Below, piece by piece: positions 1-12,425 of a stretch of DNA of 64,000 nt. The stretch is taken from positions 809,796 through 873,795 of the forward strand of contig NW_027192192.1 in the NCBI RefSeq assembly GCF_041956535.1, in the 5' to 3' direction. A program made the position numbers and the translations under genes. The stretch's first letter is position 1. Every line of letters begins with the position of its first letter. This stretch comes from Calcarisporiella thermophila CBS 279.70. Taxonomy: Eukaryota > Fungi > Calcarisporiellomycota. The notes beneath the pieces are model-generated. The model saw only the letters and a list, made by a program, of their open reading frames with translations, was not told the origin of the DNA and made no database searches.

Positions 1-103
1 CGCCTGCAAGAAGCAATTCTCCCGCAAGGACGCTCTCAAGCGCCACGTCCTGGTCAAGAAGTGCGGCCAGCTTCCCCCCCGCGAGAACGCAAAGAAGAAC
101 TAA
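1..103 (+). CDS. 3' end of a C2H2 zinc-finger transcription factor (partial, runs off window)
   Basis: Frame 2 reads ACKKQFSRKDALKRHVLVKKCGQLPPRENAKKN*, with the zinc-finger F-x-R-x-D-x-L-x-R-H pattern. Stop TAA at 101-103. Confidence 0.8.
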   Translation, partial: ACKKQFSRKDALKRHVLVKKCGQLPPRENAKKN

Positions 104-1569
104 CTATCTATTGCCGTCTATTTTATTTTATTTTATTTTATTTTTTTATTTATCCTCGTTTCCCACCGATTCTCATCTTTCTCTTTCTTGTTGTATTTAT
201 ATTTTCTCCCGGATCTCCCCCTTGTACATTGGACTTGCTCTCTTTTCTTTTTCCTTTCTATTTATCTGTGAAGAATACTCCGGCATGCCCCGCCTCCCCC
301 CCTTCTCTTCCCCTCTTCAAAATAGATACACTTCCAATATCTATCTATCCATCCAACTATCTATTTTTTCTTTTTTGACTTCCCCCTCCCCCCCCCCCTC
401 TTGTAGCCTTATTCTTTTTTGGTTTCCTATTGGCTTGCTGAGAGATGTAAATAAGAATCTACTTTCTAACTCTAACGTGAAGGATCGGCGAAAAAATGAT
501 GAAAGAGGGGTGGAACCCTCGTTTCTCGGTTTGGATTGACACTTGTGCCGAACCTCTCCTCTGATTTGCAAAGTGGGTTGCTTCCGAAAGTTCTCTATAG
601 AGCAAACACTCCAATCGCTCCTCCACTCATTCCTCCAAGACCAATGCTCACTTCGGCTGTGTAATGTCGCTTGAAATTGGAGCGGAGCCGGGATCGGAGT
701 GGGGAGGGAGGGTGCGGAGAGGAGCCACACTCGACCTTCGGGTCATGTTCCCACGGGAACCGCGTGCGGATCAATCCACAATTCCGCTTAAACTTAGGCT
801 TTGACGCTGCCTCATCCATTCCGCGTGCACACCAGGACATTGGCGGGGTCGTATGACCCCCCCCCCCCCGTTGTTCATGCTTCTTGATTAGGAGCATACG
901 AGGAAGCCTGGCTCGGGCTCATTAGCATTGGACTCTTATGCGCGGCGTGAGGCGCGACAGGGAGCGAGGGAGGTGAAGCCTGGTACAGGCCGCAGCGCAT
1001 GACCCAATTTTTGGCAATATAGCCCGATCCCGCCCCCTAGAGCCAATCTGGAAGTCTGAAACGACCGTGAGTAGGAGTGGCCATGGGGGGCTTGTGGCGT
1101 GAATAATGGGAGAGGCCATGCTTTACCTTTTCAAATCTCGGTACGTTTTCTGGGCAGGTTTGATAAGATGGATGGACGCACACCCGCTTTTGTAGATTTC
1201 CTTTTTCTCTTTATAAACCAACTTACCTAACACCTATTTATGCCGGCCGCTCGTTGCATTATAGTGTTGCATTTCGCGTTTTAAAGGAAGGTGCTACCTC
1301 TGTCCTGCTCTGCCCCTCTTTTTTCCCACCTGTCAATCGAGATTGGGTGGAACGAGGGTGCGGGTGATGGTGTGGGAAGAACGGGGAGCCAAGGGAGGGG
1401 AGGAAGTTGAGCCGAGAACGGAAAAGATAAATGAAAAAGATCGGCTCTCGTTCTGCCAAAGAACAGCGATTTTCGGGGGGCGCGGGTGAAGCTCGGGCGT
1501 ACAAGCTACACTCGGCCCCATCTCAACATCATCCTCGATGGCCTGCTCCAAGTGAAAAATTCATCGGGC

Positions 1570-1624
1570 GGCAGAGAGAAGGAGTTCGATAGGCGTGAAG
1601 CCTATCGAACCCCATCTCTCTGCC
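1570..1624. repeat. Near-perfect inverted repeat (hairpin)
   Basis: GGCAGAGAGA-agga-GTTCGATAGGC-gtgaa-GCCTATCGAAC-ccca-TCTCTCTGCC: 10 bp and 11 bp stems. Confidence 0.85.
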
Positions 1625-2095
1625 TATGGAAAACTCGCTTTAGCTCCTTGCTCCCCTTCATGTGAATAGAGACTAGGATATGCCCATTCACACGGCACAA
1701 CTCCCCCTCCCCCTCCCCCTCCCCCATCCCTTGGTTTTGTGCTCATCATTCAGAGACCTTGGAAACCCCAGCTGTGGAGGATTCGGCAACCACGGCCAGG
1801 AACGACTCCCGCCTTGTATATTGCAGGGAATAATCATGCAATGGGTGTGAAAAGGTTGACAAGCAGGAATAGGAGGGAAAAGGGAGGGAGGGGAGAGGGG
1901 TATGCATGTGCCTGCTCCCATGAAATCAACCGCTTGTGGTGATTGGACCGACTGGGAAGGAGGGGAGAATAGAGCTTAGGATTCCTTTCTAAATCTCCAT
2001 TACCCGCTGCAGAGATGAATGGTATTTTATTATTGCCTGTACACTGCAAATAAAAAAGAAAGCCATGACAAGAAAAACAGGAGGCACATGCCATA

Positions 2096-2615
2096 CTAGT
2101 TCCGGGACAAAATCTCTCGTAGATTGTTCTGGTGTTCAGTAATGTTCCGTTCAAGATACTTCTGCTTCTTCTCCAGGGCCTGGATGTCCGTGGCGTTGCT
2201 TTCGATGCGATCCTTAAGCTCGTTCTGGAGGTCGCTGAGGCTGGTTTGGAAGAAACTACACAGACAACGAGTTGGGGGTTAGGGAGCGACTCGCCTTCCT
2301 CAGGGGCCAAAGGAGCATATACTCACGCCTTGCCGACCGATTTGTACGTCCGCACCCCATCATTCAGCTCGCTGAGCTCCTTTTTTGTCAACTCCGCGAG
2401 GCGCTTCTCGCGTTCTTTGGCTTGCATCTGAGCCTTGACCCCCGAGAGCTGGCGGTTGCTCTCCGCCATCTGGTTTTGAAGTTCAATGAACACCTGCGCG
2501 ACCGGGAGATGAAAACATCACACAGTCCACGATAAGCAAAGGAATCAAGGATAAAAAACACCGCAGGAGACTGAAGGCCCCTCACCTTTTTAATGGTCTC
2601 GTCTGAGAGTGACAT
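2096..2615 (-). CDS. PFD1: Prefoldin subunit 1 (3 exons)
   Basis: Spliced: MSLSDETIKK|VFIELQNQMAESNRQL...ELNDGVRTYKSVGKA|FLQTSL...ALEKKQKYLERNITEHQNNLREILSRN*. Beta-prefoldin Y-x-S-V-G-K motif, GT-AG introns. Confidence 0.9.
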
Positions 2616-2692
2616 GATCAATGTGATCCTGGAGTGACGCGCTGCGCAGAGGTGCCGGGAAGCAAAGCGCAAGAAAAACACAAGGGAAGCGG

Positions 2693-2700
2693 TGACGTCA
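2693..2700. promoter_or_regulatory. CRE-type palindrome TGACGTCA in the short PFD1/GID4 divergent promoter
   Basis: Exact ATF/CREB consensus in a ~185 bp head-to-head spacer. Confidence 0.4.
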
Positions 2701-2800
2701 CAACATGACTGCCAAAAATGTCAACTTTATTATGTGCGCATTTTTTCTCCACTCTGCAACCCTAAGGCGACTCTTCCCTGCATCCATTAGAATAGATAGC

Positions 2801-3952
2801 ATGCCTATCAACACAAATACTAGCCTTTGCCCCACCTGTAAATTGACTGAATCGGACTGTGCCTGTCATCCATCCTCATCGCCCCGAAAATCGCTTGCTG
2901 TTTCGCGATCACTACAGAGCATTCGATCTAAAGATTTCCTCTCCACACGTCTCACCCCCACCACGATCCACGGCCTCTATCCGGGCTCCCGCTTCAAAGG
3001 AGAGCAGCGTAGCCAGGGTTCTACGTACGATGTAATGGTCGAAATTCAGGTAAGTGAGGCGCTCCTTCCCATGAGTGCTGATTGAAATTGACTAAGCTTG
3101 AGTGGGGCAATTTGGATAGCATGTCGACCTCTCCGACTCCTTTCTCTGTGGCTATCTCCATATTAGTGGCCTAACCGAAGACCATCCCGAACTCACGACC
3201 TTTTTCGAAGCGGAAATTATCGGGCCGCGTTATTCGTTTCTAACACGGAAATGGGATGCCGATGCCTACATCGATCTAGAGCATTGGGTAACCTGTTTAG
3301 CCATTGAGCTCCTTGGTAGCGTAGCGATGTGGTGTTGCTAATTTCTTTCTCCCACCTACGCACTCTGTCTAAATTCTTGCAGAAACAATTCGTCGCGTTT
3401 CAACCCTATGAGCGAATGTTCAAAAAAGACAATCGGTTTGTGTACGACTCCAAGGATCATATCTTTATGAGGTGGAAGGAGCGGTTTTTAGTACCAGATC
3501 ACCGAGTCGAGTAAGTAGTTTTACAGGCTCTCTCTTGAGTCGGCCAGCCCTGACTGAACTTCTCTGCTCTTCCTCTCTCTCCCCCCCTCCCTTCCCCCCG
3601 ATAAAACGAAATAAGCCACATCGCCGGGTAAACACACTCTATTCGCCCTCCTAAGGTTGGCTAGCTGCTTACTCGTTACCATCACTCTTATTTTTTTTTA
3701 TTAGGGCAAGCTTTGCCGGGTTCTACTACATTTCCTACAATGTCCAGACCGGACACATAAGCGGACTTTACTACCATAGCAACTCCATCTGGTAAGGCTA
3801 TACTTGGACATCCTTATTTTTCACAATGGTTCTTCTCACCTGGGCAACTCATCCTGTCTCCCCTTTTTTTCTCTCGCTTCTCCTCCAGGTTTCAATTGCT
3901 CTCCCTCCACCACGAGCCGGATAGATGTGCACCCGTCTTTGAGTTTCGATAG
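2801..3952 (+). CDS. GID4: Vid24/Gid4 substrate receptor of the GID ubiquitin ligase (6 exons including a 12-nt microexon)
   Basis: Motifs [70 protein letters not shown]; C-terminus FEFR*. Confidence 0.92.
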
Positions 3953-4441
3953 CTTTCAAACGCCCTTGTTGTTTCATTATTTCTGTAATTTATTTTACAC
4001 CTCTTTATTCTGCATATATTTTCCAAGATATAAAGCCATTTATTTCCACTTTGATTCGGTCGTGATGTCTCTTATTAATATCATTTCTTTCTTCCCCCCC
4101 CCTCCTCGGACCCTGAATTACTTTGTTGACCTTCCTCTCCTCCATTCTATCTCCATGTCTCAAGCTGGATACTCTTTTTTCTTCTTTCTCTTTTCCTTTT
4201 CGATGAAACACAATATACTCGTGATGATCATCTCATTGTAATGGATTCAATAGAAGATGAAAGTGAATCTATATTGTGAAGGGGCTATAGTCGCTAAGTG
4301 GAGGGTGAGAAGAAAATAGAGAGTTTGAAAATCTACTCGAAAAGTGACAGCAAAAGAGAAAACAAGTGGCATGATATGATAAGCAAGTAAATTACAGTTT
4401 AGATTGGATGCGAAAAATAGAGCCTAAAAACTTCCAGTCGC

Positions 4442-5574
4442 TTAGCCCAACATCCAAACGGTGGCCAGAAGAGGCACCACGACCGCCCACCATGACCAGA
4501 TTTGATGGCTGGCAGCGGCCTCCGTCGAAGCTTCCGTGCCGGCGCTCATCTTGATATTGCGGAAGAGGGAAAATGTATCGACCGGGGTGGCCCAATCGGG
4601 GGTGTTTCCTCCAAAAAAGGTGTTGAACATGAACTGCAAAAGGAGAGGAGAAAAGGTAAGCCAAAAGCCTGCAACCCTTCGCCATCACGATCATCTCTAC
4701 TTACAGCCGATAAATCAACGCCGTCCGATTTACGATACACCAGGTTGGTGTTGTCTGTCACGGGTTGGTCGTTGATCCAGAGGCGGAGAACGCCGTTTCT
4801 CCTCTCCAAGGCATTTTCCTCCACCAGCATGTCAACCTTATTCCACTTCCCCGGCTGGAAGACCGCATTGCCGCGGCCAAATGACGTACCGAAGTCGTCA
4901 TTGCAGCGCACTCCCTTATCACGGTCACAGATGGAGTTGCCCGTCAATGTGTAAGCATACGCTTCCTAAAATACACCGCCCGCGGGTAAGTCAATAGGAA
5001 AAAAAAAAAAGGCCATGGACAGGGAAAGACTCACTGCATCAGCCTGGGACCTCCACATCACTCGCACCGAAAAGCAGTCGTCTCGTATAGCGCCACCCTC
5101 GCATCCGCTCCCCGGTCTTCCGCCGAAAACCCCCGGGAGTTTCCCGCCCTTCATCCAAGGAAAGTCGGCCGGTAGACCCACTTCGTAACTCAACATGACT
5201 CGGCGTAACGGTGTGCCACTTTCGGGAAACGGTTTCGTGTAGAAAACGGCCCCGCCCTCGACTGCTTGCCCTTTCTTGGAGGCGGACGGGCTATAGCTCC
5301 CCTTGGGATAGTTGACCCGCAGTACGACCTGCCCAGAGTTCGTGAGGGGATCCGCCACAAAGCTCAAACCGGAAGCTCCGGCATTAATGGTGTTATTCAC
5401 CACGTTCCAGTTTAGAATGATGTGCTGTGCGGCATCGTTGAGGGGAGTGCTGGGGAATGGAGCAGTCCAAAATTGGGACATGCCCACATCGGCTGGCTGA
5501 GGGATCGATTGAGACACCACCAGCGTTAGTAGAGGCAGGAGAATGGCGAGCGTGTAGCCGTTCATTTTGGTCAT
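4442..5574 (-). CDS. Secreted polysaccharide lyase family 14 protein (3 exons)
   Basis: Signal peptide; VNYPKGSYSPS, FPWMKGGKLPG, CFSVRVMWR, SFGRG, MFNTFFGG motifs typical of PL14. Confidence 0.85.
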
Positions 5575-6200
5575 GGAATGAAATGAGAGAAGAAGCAGAT
5601 GTCTTGTGTGTTTACGATGCTATTAATTCTCCCGCAGTGTTTCCGGCTAGAAGATGGATGATATTTTTAGGAATGAAGCAATAAAAAATATAAATAGGAT
5701 ATGGACCTCAGGGGAACATTATCTATGCAATATGAGAATCCAACTCCCAATTGCCCCTGTTCCACGAGCTCCGAACACTAAAAAATACGTGTGACGTAGC
5801 CCAAACCCTTCATCCGATTGGTATTGAATCGTATCATGACGAAATGCATCACTTGCTTTTTTAAAAGATTTGGTCCAAATTAAAAGCTAAGGGGTAGTTC
5901 ATATGCACAGGGTGATCCTCCGAGTATAGGAAGGCCCCAGTATTAGCATTCGACACACATAGAAAATGATAAGAAAGCATCGCGACATGGTGGATTAGTA
6001 CAATAAGACAGAAAGTAATACATTGGCTTGGAGTAGATATTCACACGCACATACATATAAATTATAGGACGGAAGCGCCACCATGATATAACTCGTGGTA
6101 TAAGCACATTGAATCTGGTATGACGATATTAAAAGGAACAGCAAGCACCGCACACCACAAAGCCGAGCAGCAATAGCAAGGATACAAGCCCAGATGCACA

Positions 6201-6968
6201 CTAAACCCCCGTCATGGGAGTGACCGGCGTCTGTATCTCCCTTGCTCGTATTGGTCCCCATGTCACCTCTCCATAGTTTGGCGGCCACATAGCCAGTCCA
6301 TTGCTTCTCAACACGTGAAGCTCCCACCCGACTGCAAGCGCGCCCACAAAGGTCAGAGTTCCCCCAACGGCGAAGCTGAGCCAGCCAAACACCATGGCCA
6401 TATAGGCTTGTTGGTAGACAGGATAGGCCGTGGTACTGCACGTCTTGCTTGCCTTGAGCCAGATGCTTCCAACTAACGACCACACAAGCAGGAAGAAGAG
6501 GACGAGCAAACCGGAAGCAGCGGCACCCCGATAGGACGCGAGAGCTATGAAGGCCACCATGAGGACCAGGCACGAGATTATGATGGCTCCCACCAAGTAG
6601 GCGATAAGAGGTTGATCACAAGCTGCATGATACTGTTGGGGGAAGGAAAAGAGGATTTAAGCAGGATGCGTGATGCTTTGCTGACGATATAATTAACCTA
6701 CTTGGTAAGTGAGGATGTTCCCAATGTACACAATGTTCTATTGGTTTCAACAATTGCGTCAAAACTGGCGGGTAGGATGCAGGAAAAGAGTCTTTTTAAT
6801 TACCACAATGTGAAGCGTGACCAACCCTAGGAAGAGGAAAATGATGATGGCCATAAGGGGAATCATTTTCGTAAATGCTGCCCAGCTACTCTTGGCTTCC
6901 CCAGGATCCTGGAAGCGTCTCAGAATGGTTAGCTGAAGATCTTGAGCGGCCGCTTTAGGATTGAGCAT
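6201..6968 (-). CDS. Small multi-pass membrane protein (TMEM272-like), 3 exons
   Basis: Spliced product has ~4 TM segments with CDQPLIAYLVG and W-x-x-x-G-x-x-W...C...Y motifs. Confidence 0.6.
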
Positions 6969-7216
6969 AAGAATCCATAAGGAGCCAAAATGAAAACGTC
7001 ACTCTCTGAGGGAGGAAGGATCAAAGTTTGTACAACCCTAATCTTTATTTAGAGTTTACATATATCTATGATGAAAAGCAAGTGGAAACAAGAGCAGAAA
7101 AAAATAAATAGGGATAAGTCAATGTCTATTCAGTGTATGATGGAAAACGGATGCGATAATCAAATAGAGAATGTAGAAAATATGGGATGAAAATGCATGA
7201 GGGTTAAAGGGGGAAT

Positions 7217-7765
7217 TCACATCTTTTCTAGCGTGAAGGAGGATTCTCCGGCCTTTTTCGATAGGCGATATCGTGACAGGGAGTAGGTCTCATACATCTT
7301 CGACGCAAGCCTAGCAGCGGCAATATGGTACGGCTTTCTGTTGGCAAGCCGTGCCCATTCGCGGTTGGCCCAAATACACATGGCCAGGCATTGGCGGCGC
7401 TCGTTCAAAGAGGCATACCAGTACTTCAATAGACCTCCACTGTTCTTTGCTTCCTCGTGAGCTCGAGCATCTGCGTCATAGAGCTTCTCTGAGTCAGCAT
7501 CTGCGCGTCGAATGGAGCGGAAAGCCACGACGAACCACTCGCCCTCCACATCCTCCCCCATCTCCTTGGCGAGAGCAGTCCAGTCGAAGGCAACTTCAAG
7601 CGGGGCGTCCATGACATCCACCTCCGAGGAGACCCGAATGTTGACAGCCGCACGGGCCATGACTTCGTCGGCCGGGGTGATGACAAGCTTGGAGTGATCG
7701 ATGGAGCTAGCGTGCTGGTAAGGATGGTGGAGGAAATTGGGTTGAGAGGGGCGAGGAACAATCAT
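7217..7765 (-). CDS. UPF0643-like protein (dimeric alpha/beta-barrel-like), intronless
   Basis: FVVAFRS...D..AHEEA..SGGLLKYW...CLAMCIW...A..A...PYH..A motif set. Confidence 0.75.
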   Translation of the reverse strand: MIVPRPSQPNFLHHPYQHASSIDHSKLVITPADEVMARAAVNIRVSSEVDVMDAPLEVAFDWTALAKEMGEDVEGEWFVVAFRSIRRADADSEKLYDADARAHEEAKNSGGLLKYWYASLNERRQCLAMCIWANREWARLANRKPYHIAAARLASKMYETYSLSRYRLSKKAGESSFTLEKM

Positions 7766-8555
7766 GGTGCAATAACTTCAAGGAAAGGAGTGTATAAAAA
7801 GAATGAGGTGGGATGTAGAAGGAGGATAGTTCTTGCAAAAAAGATTCCATCCACGTCCCCCCCCTCTATATACCCTTCCGTTCAATACTGGTTGCGCCCA
7901 TGCTCATCCCTGTTTCTTGTCCCTGATTCAGAAACATACTAATTATGTTCAAAAGAGAAATAGTTTTTTCCGCATTTGTTAAATGTTCCACCAGTATTGA
8001 ACCGACTGGCTGGCCAGGGCAGGCTAGGTGAAAATACCCGACAACTTTTGGTCCTCGTCATGTCCTCTCCTCTCCAGCTCCAAAATCCTCTCCGGTTTTC
8101 GCAAGTCCAAGAAATGGAGCAATGACGAAAGAGCTACTCAGTCATCCAAGAGAGAAATAAGGTGAGTACGGGGCTATGGAGGCAAGAAATACGGCATCTC
8201 TATATATACCTGTCGTTCGCAAGCTATGCCATCCCTCAGGCTGTAATTGATTGATAATGGAGTTTAAGATGGCTGATGAGAAGACGTGCGCGAGTATGGT
8301 AAATGCTTCCACCAGTGTTTTCCAGGATAGGAAGCCAAAACCGGATCTTTTCCCTCTTAAGGTAATAGTGTTGATCAAGTCTGCGTAGATCATGTCTCCA
8401 AAGGAACCTTTGCCTCCCGCTTTGGTCTAAAACCCTGGTTTTGAAAATTTACCTTCTTTTTTACCGGTTCCAATTTTTAACTCGGAGTGTCAAGCCACTT
8501 CCTTAGCCACTTATGATGGTTTCCGCGTTGTCCATTCTCATGGACTGATCCGATC

Positions 8556-10053
8556 ATGAATCACTTAACCAGCTTTATCTCCAAGTTCTCCGATGAACTC
8601 TCCATTGTGATCCAGGATGAGAAAAGAATCGCTGCATCGCAAAAGGATCTCGCCTTGACCCACCGTAACCTCTCTGCCAACCTTGCCAACTGGGGAAAAA
8701 AGGAAGGCGATAATGATATGGTGGACATAACCGCCAAATGGGCGATTCTTATCGGAAAGTTGGGGGATCTTCATGCTGATTTATCTCGTGAGCATCCGAT
8801 GATTTGTGTGTGTTGCTTGAATTATCTAATTATTTCTTTTCTCTCCTATTCTTTTAGGGCATTACGATCAGTATCGTTCCAAACTCAAAACAATTCGCAT
8901 GCAAGAACAGATACTCCATGACATCCATGAACGGCGTCGCCAGCTTCACGCCAAACTCAACAGCTCAATCAAGTCTTCCGCACGCTCCGAAGCAGAACGC
9001 GAGCTCTTTGCTTTGGAACAGCACCTCCCGATCCAAACATCCCAGCTTGCCAATTACAAAAGAGTCGCCCTGCAAGAGGCCATGCAACAGCAAATGCGGG
9101 CCATCGCAGAACACGCTGAAAAAGCAGCCATAATAGCAGGTTATGGCAGACTTCTTGCACAGGAGATCGACACGACAGAAGTTCCCGTCGGTCATCCGCG
9201 CCCTATATATAATAGTTCGTTAGTCACGACGGATATCATCAACAAATGTAGCGCAGCCCTCGAGAGCTGGAGGCTATCCTATGGGCCACAGGAACTATCC
9301 CAAAATCCTCTGGAGACGTACACTGTTTCCCCCCTTGCTAGCGAATTCAACCAGCTAAATCTACACGGCGATACGACTCCGCGGCCGCCTTCCATAACCT
9401 GCAGTGCTAGTCATCAGCAGCCCATCTTCCCCACTCCTCAGATACCCTCCAGCCAACCTCCGTATGGTTGTGCTGCATTTCCCAGCCCCATGGCGCCAAC
9501 CTCCACTCTTCCTCACCATGAAATCCCGCCAGGAGTCTCTTCTCCTTCCCTTCACTCCGCGAGTTTCTTGAGCGATTCCCCCACCATTGGTTTTCACTCG
9601 CCTGCTATCCTCACTTCACCACGCCCTGCCTATCCGACTCCATCCTCCCAGACCTATTCGGCCCCCATGTACTCTGCGCCCCCTCCCACATACAACTCGC
9701 CAAAACCCAACTTTATTATTCCTCTTTGGGACACACCATCCCCAGAAGCAGCTCCAGTGTCGGGGCCTATCCAGATGCCGGTGCCTCATCCACCGGGGCC
9801 CAACTATGCGAGCTCCCAGCCACCTTTTTATGATCATCCACCGACTCCGAAGCCTATTCCAGAGAACGCCTCAGGACACCCTCCTTCGATTTCTCATGCT
9901 ACTTCTGCACTGGCGCCGGCATGCCCCTCTTCGGCACCCAATTCACCCGGGTTTCCAACCAACCCATCGCAGCGCCCTCCTCTAAAGCCTGATACACCAA
10001 GCTTGATTACCACTCTAAAGCCCGACGAGGTAGACGAGACCCCTGCAAAGTAA
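8556..10053 (+). CDS. Eisosome Pil1/Lsp1-family BAR protein with long Pro/Ser-rich tail (1 intron, ~8788-8858)
   Basis: LANWG..E..DM.DIT.K, YDQYR..LK.IR..E, LANYKR, EHAEK..IIAGYG..L..ID.T.V..G..RP.Y. Confidence 0.85.
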
Positions 10054-11460
10054 CTTACGCTGTATTTAGAGGATATGGTATATAACCTTGTAAAGTGGGT
10101 GCCTTCATTTTTTTTTAAGTTTACCTTAATAATTTCCCTGTGTCTTGTCGCATTTTCGTCTTTCTTCTTGGCATTTTTAAAGCACGAATACAGTATCTGG
10201 AATGACTAAGCCCAGTAATGCCACTCGCCAAATCCCTGAGACACCCGCCTCTACTGCTAGCCGGTGGAGATCAGGTTGGTTGTGTAAGAAGAGCCTGTTC
10301 TCCTTGCATCCCAAAATTTCCGCAGGCTTCCTTGCATTGGACGAAATCACTTAAGCAACAGGGTCCGTTGATCCTCTCCTCACCTAAGAAAGAGATCTGG
10401 GTCTTCGCAACTTAAGCCGGACCCACAGTCACAACGAAATAGACTCGGTGGAGTCTATTTCTCTCCCTCGCATGCTCCAGCTTGTGTGCTGGGGTAACAA
10501 AGTATGTACAAGCAGATAATTGGAGAGAGAGAGGCACGAGAGACCCTATTAGGTGGGATTCATGTATTATGCCGATGATCCATTTGCCTCCTCGAAGCAA
10601 TATGTCTCCATTGCAGAACGGCTGTTGCATATCATTTGCGATGGAAGCCAGAGCTTCTACCGGAGGTCGGCCGAAGGCTCTCGCGATTGATCTAACCCGA
10701 CCAAATCCCCCTTCCTGATCCAGCCTTGCTGGCATGCTCGCTTTGATGGTTCTGGCTTAAGTGGTCACAGGGGAGAGAATGAACCGTATTTTTGGGCTGC
10801 AAAGCTAGGTAGCGAAAACTCTGCCATTTGAGTATTGTGATCGGATGGGATGGTGAGCGGCCACCGGCCATAGCTTCCGGAGTGTCCCTGCCGGGCAGCT
10901 GAAACTGGAAAATCGGAAATGCAGCGGAGAAGGGAGTTTAGCCGATAAGCATACAGGGGATCCTCAGGGATTGCTTATCTTTAAATATACACCGTCGGGG
11001 GGTTCCAATTGGAAACCAGCTTATCCATCGATATCAAAAAAAGTTTAAATTCACCGGTTTAGCTCTCTGGTTTCTTTGCAAGGGTCTTTTGATCGGCGCG
11101 CCCTTGGAGGTTTTGCTTAATTTTGTACATATTGCACTCCTTTGCAGAGGGTTTCCGTAAAAAGGTTATAGTGGGCGCTATATTCGCTTTTTTGCAGTAC
11201 AAACACCGAGAAGAATCGAAAAAGAAATTAAAACAACAAATATACAATTAAGTAGAGGAAAGTGGATGGGGAGAGCAGAGGAGAGTCAAGGAAGATGTAA
11301 TCAACAAGCAAATAAAGGGGATTTTACTTACAAAAATAATGAGAAGAAAAAGCTTCCAAAACATGGGCCAGTATTGGATCCTCCATGGGCCGAGATAGAA
11401 TAGAGAATAAACTAAATAGGTTCTCCCGAGGGGGAGCGGGAATGTAGGGGGTGCTGTAAT

Positions 11461-11937
11461 TTAACGTTCCACCATCCCACACGGTAGGCTATCTCGCTCG
11501 ACGATCACGCCTCGGTCGACGTCTTCTCCTCTGAGCATGAGCCGCTCAACCCCGTCTTCTCCGCGCACGACTTCAAATTCGGGGCTTCCTTCCCGGGTCA
11601 AATATTGCCCGTTCGGGCAGAGCTTTGTCCAGTGAGAGGGGGGCGGAGGCGCCGCTTTTGTTTGCCTGCACGGCCCCCCGCTTGGGTTGGCCGGTCTCGG
11701 CTGGCAGGGTGAGCAGCTAACGATCAAGGGGGATGTCGGCTGTGGAGTATGTGTGCCGTCCGGGTCTTGAATGGCAGGATGGGCGACCAAGCGAACAGAA
11801 ACGGCGGAGGCCCGGTGGCGGCCAGGTCGCCAGTGGATAGAGGGGGTGGGCCGTTCAGGCTCCCAAGGGAGATTCCAGCCGTGAGGGTGGTAGGTATGGG
11901 CATGGGGGGTTGGGCGTGTAAGGTATTGAAGCGACAT
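11461..11937 (-). CDS. Hypothetical 158-aa protein, intronless
   Basis: ATG-initiated GC-rich ORF in AT-rich flanks, with a TATA-like TATATAAAG ~155 nt upstream. No recognised domain. Confidence 0.5.
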   Translation of the reverse strand: MSLQYLTRPTPHAHTYHPHGWNLPWEPERPTPSIHWRPGRHRASAVSVRLVAHPAIQDPDGTHTPQPTSPLIVSCSPCQPRPANPSGGPCRQTKAAPPPPSHWTKLCPNGQYLTREGSPEFEVVRGEDGVERLMLRGEDVDRGVIVERDSLPCGMVER

Positions 11938-12425
11938 GGCTATTCTTTTACTGCTTTTCGGAATGCTACTTAATTAGACGAAAGATGACTTGCGCCTTGG
12001 AGTATAGACTGTATAACAATGAGATATACTGGGCGGTAGGAATATACAGAGCAAGTCTGGGGAAGGCGAGAATGATACTGTTGTTAAATACTTTATATAT
12101 AGGGGGAAAGGCAATGGGATTTAATTATGGGAGAGTGAGTGAGAAGGTGTTAATTTTTTGTTCTTTTTTTTTGGACAGCTATTTCGAAGGAGTTTTACGA
12201 GAAATTTTTTTTTTGTACTCAGCTGCAAGGGAAAAACCTCGTGACACTCCGTGCTCAGGTTAGGTTTCCCCGTGTATGCGCATATGAGTGAAGGGGCAAA
12301 GTCAAGCTAGCTTCAAGTGTTTTTTCACAATGCAATCAAGGTAAAACCGCACAAGTGGGAAATGCTGATGATAGAGTGGTAGAAATGCTGTAAAACAGGA
12401 CACAAATAAGGCAACTGGTGACGTA

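Noticed and set aside
785-800. GCTTAAACTTA resembles the 5' end of U12 snRNA
   Set aside because: The branch-point-pairing GTAAGGA that must follow is absent.
990-1035. CATGACCCAATT resembles the 3' conserved region of RNase P RNA
   Set aside because: No matching CR-I/P4 partner strand could be found upstream.
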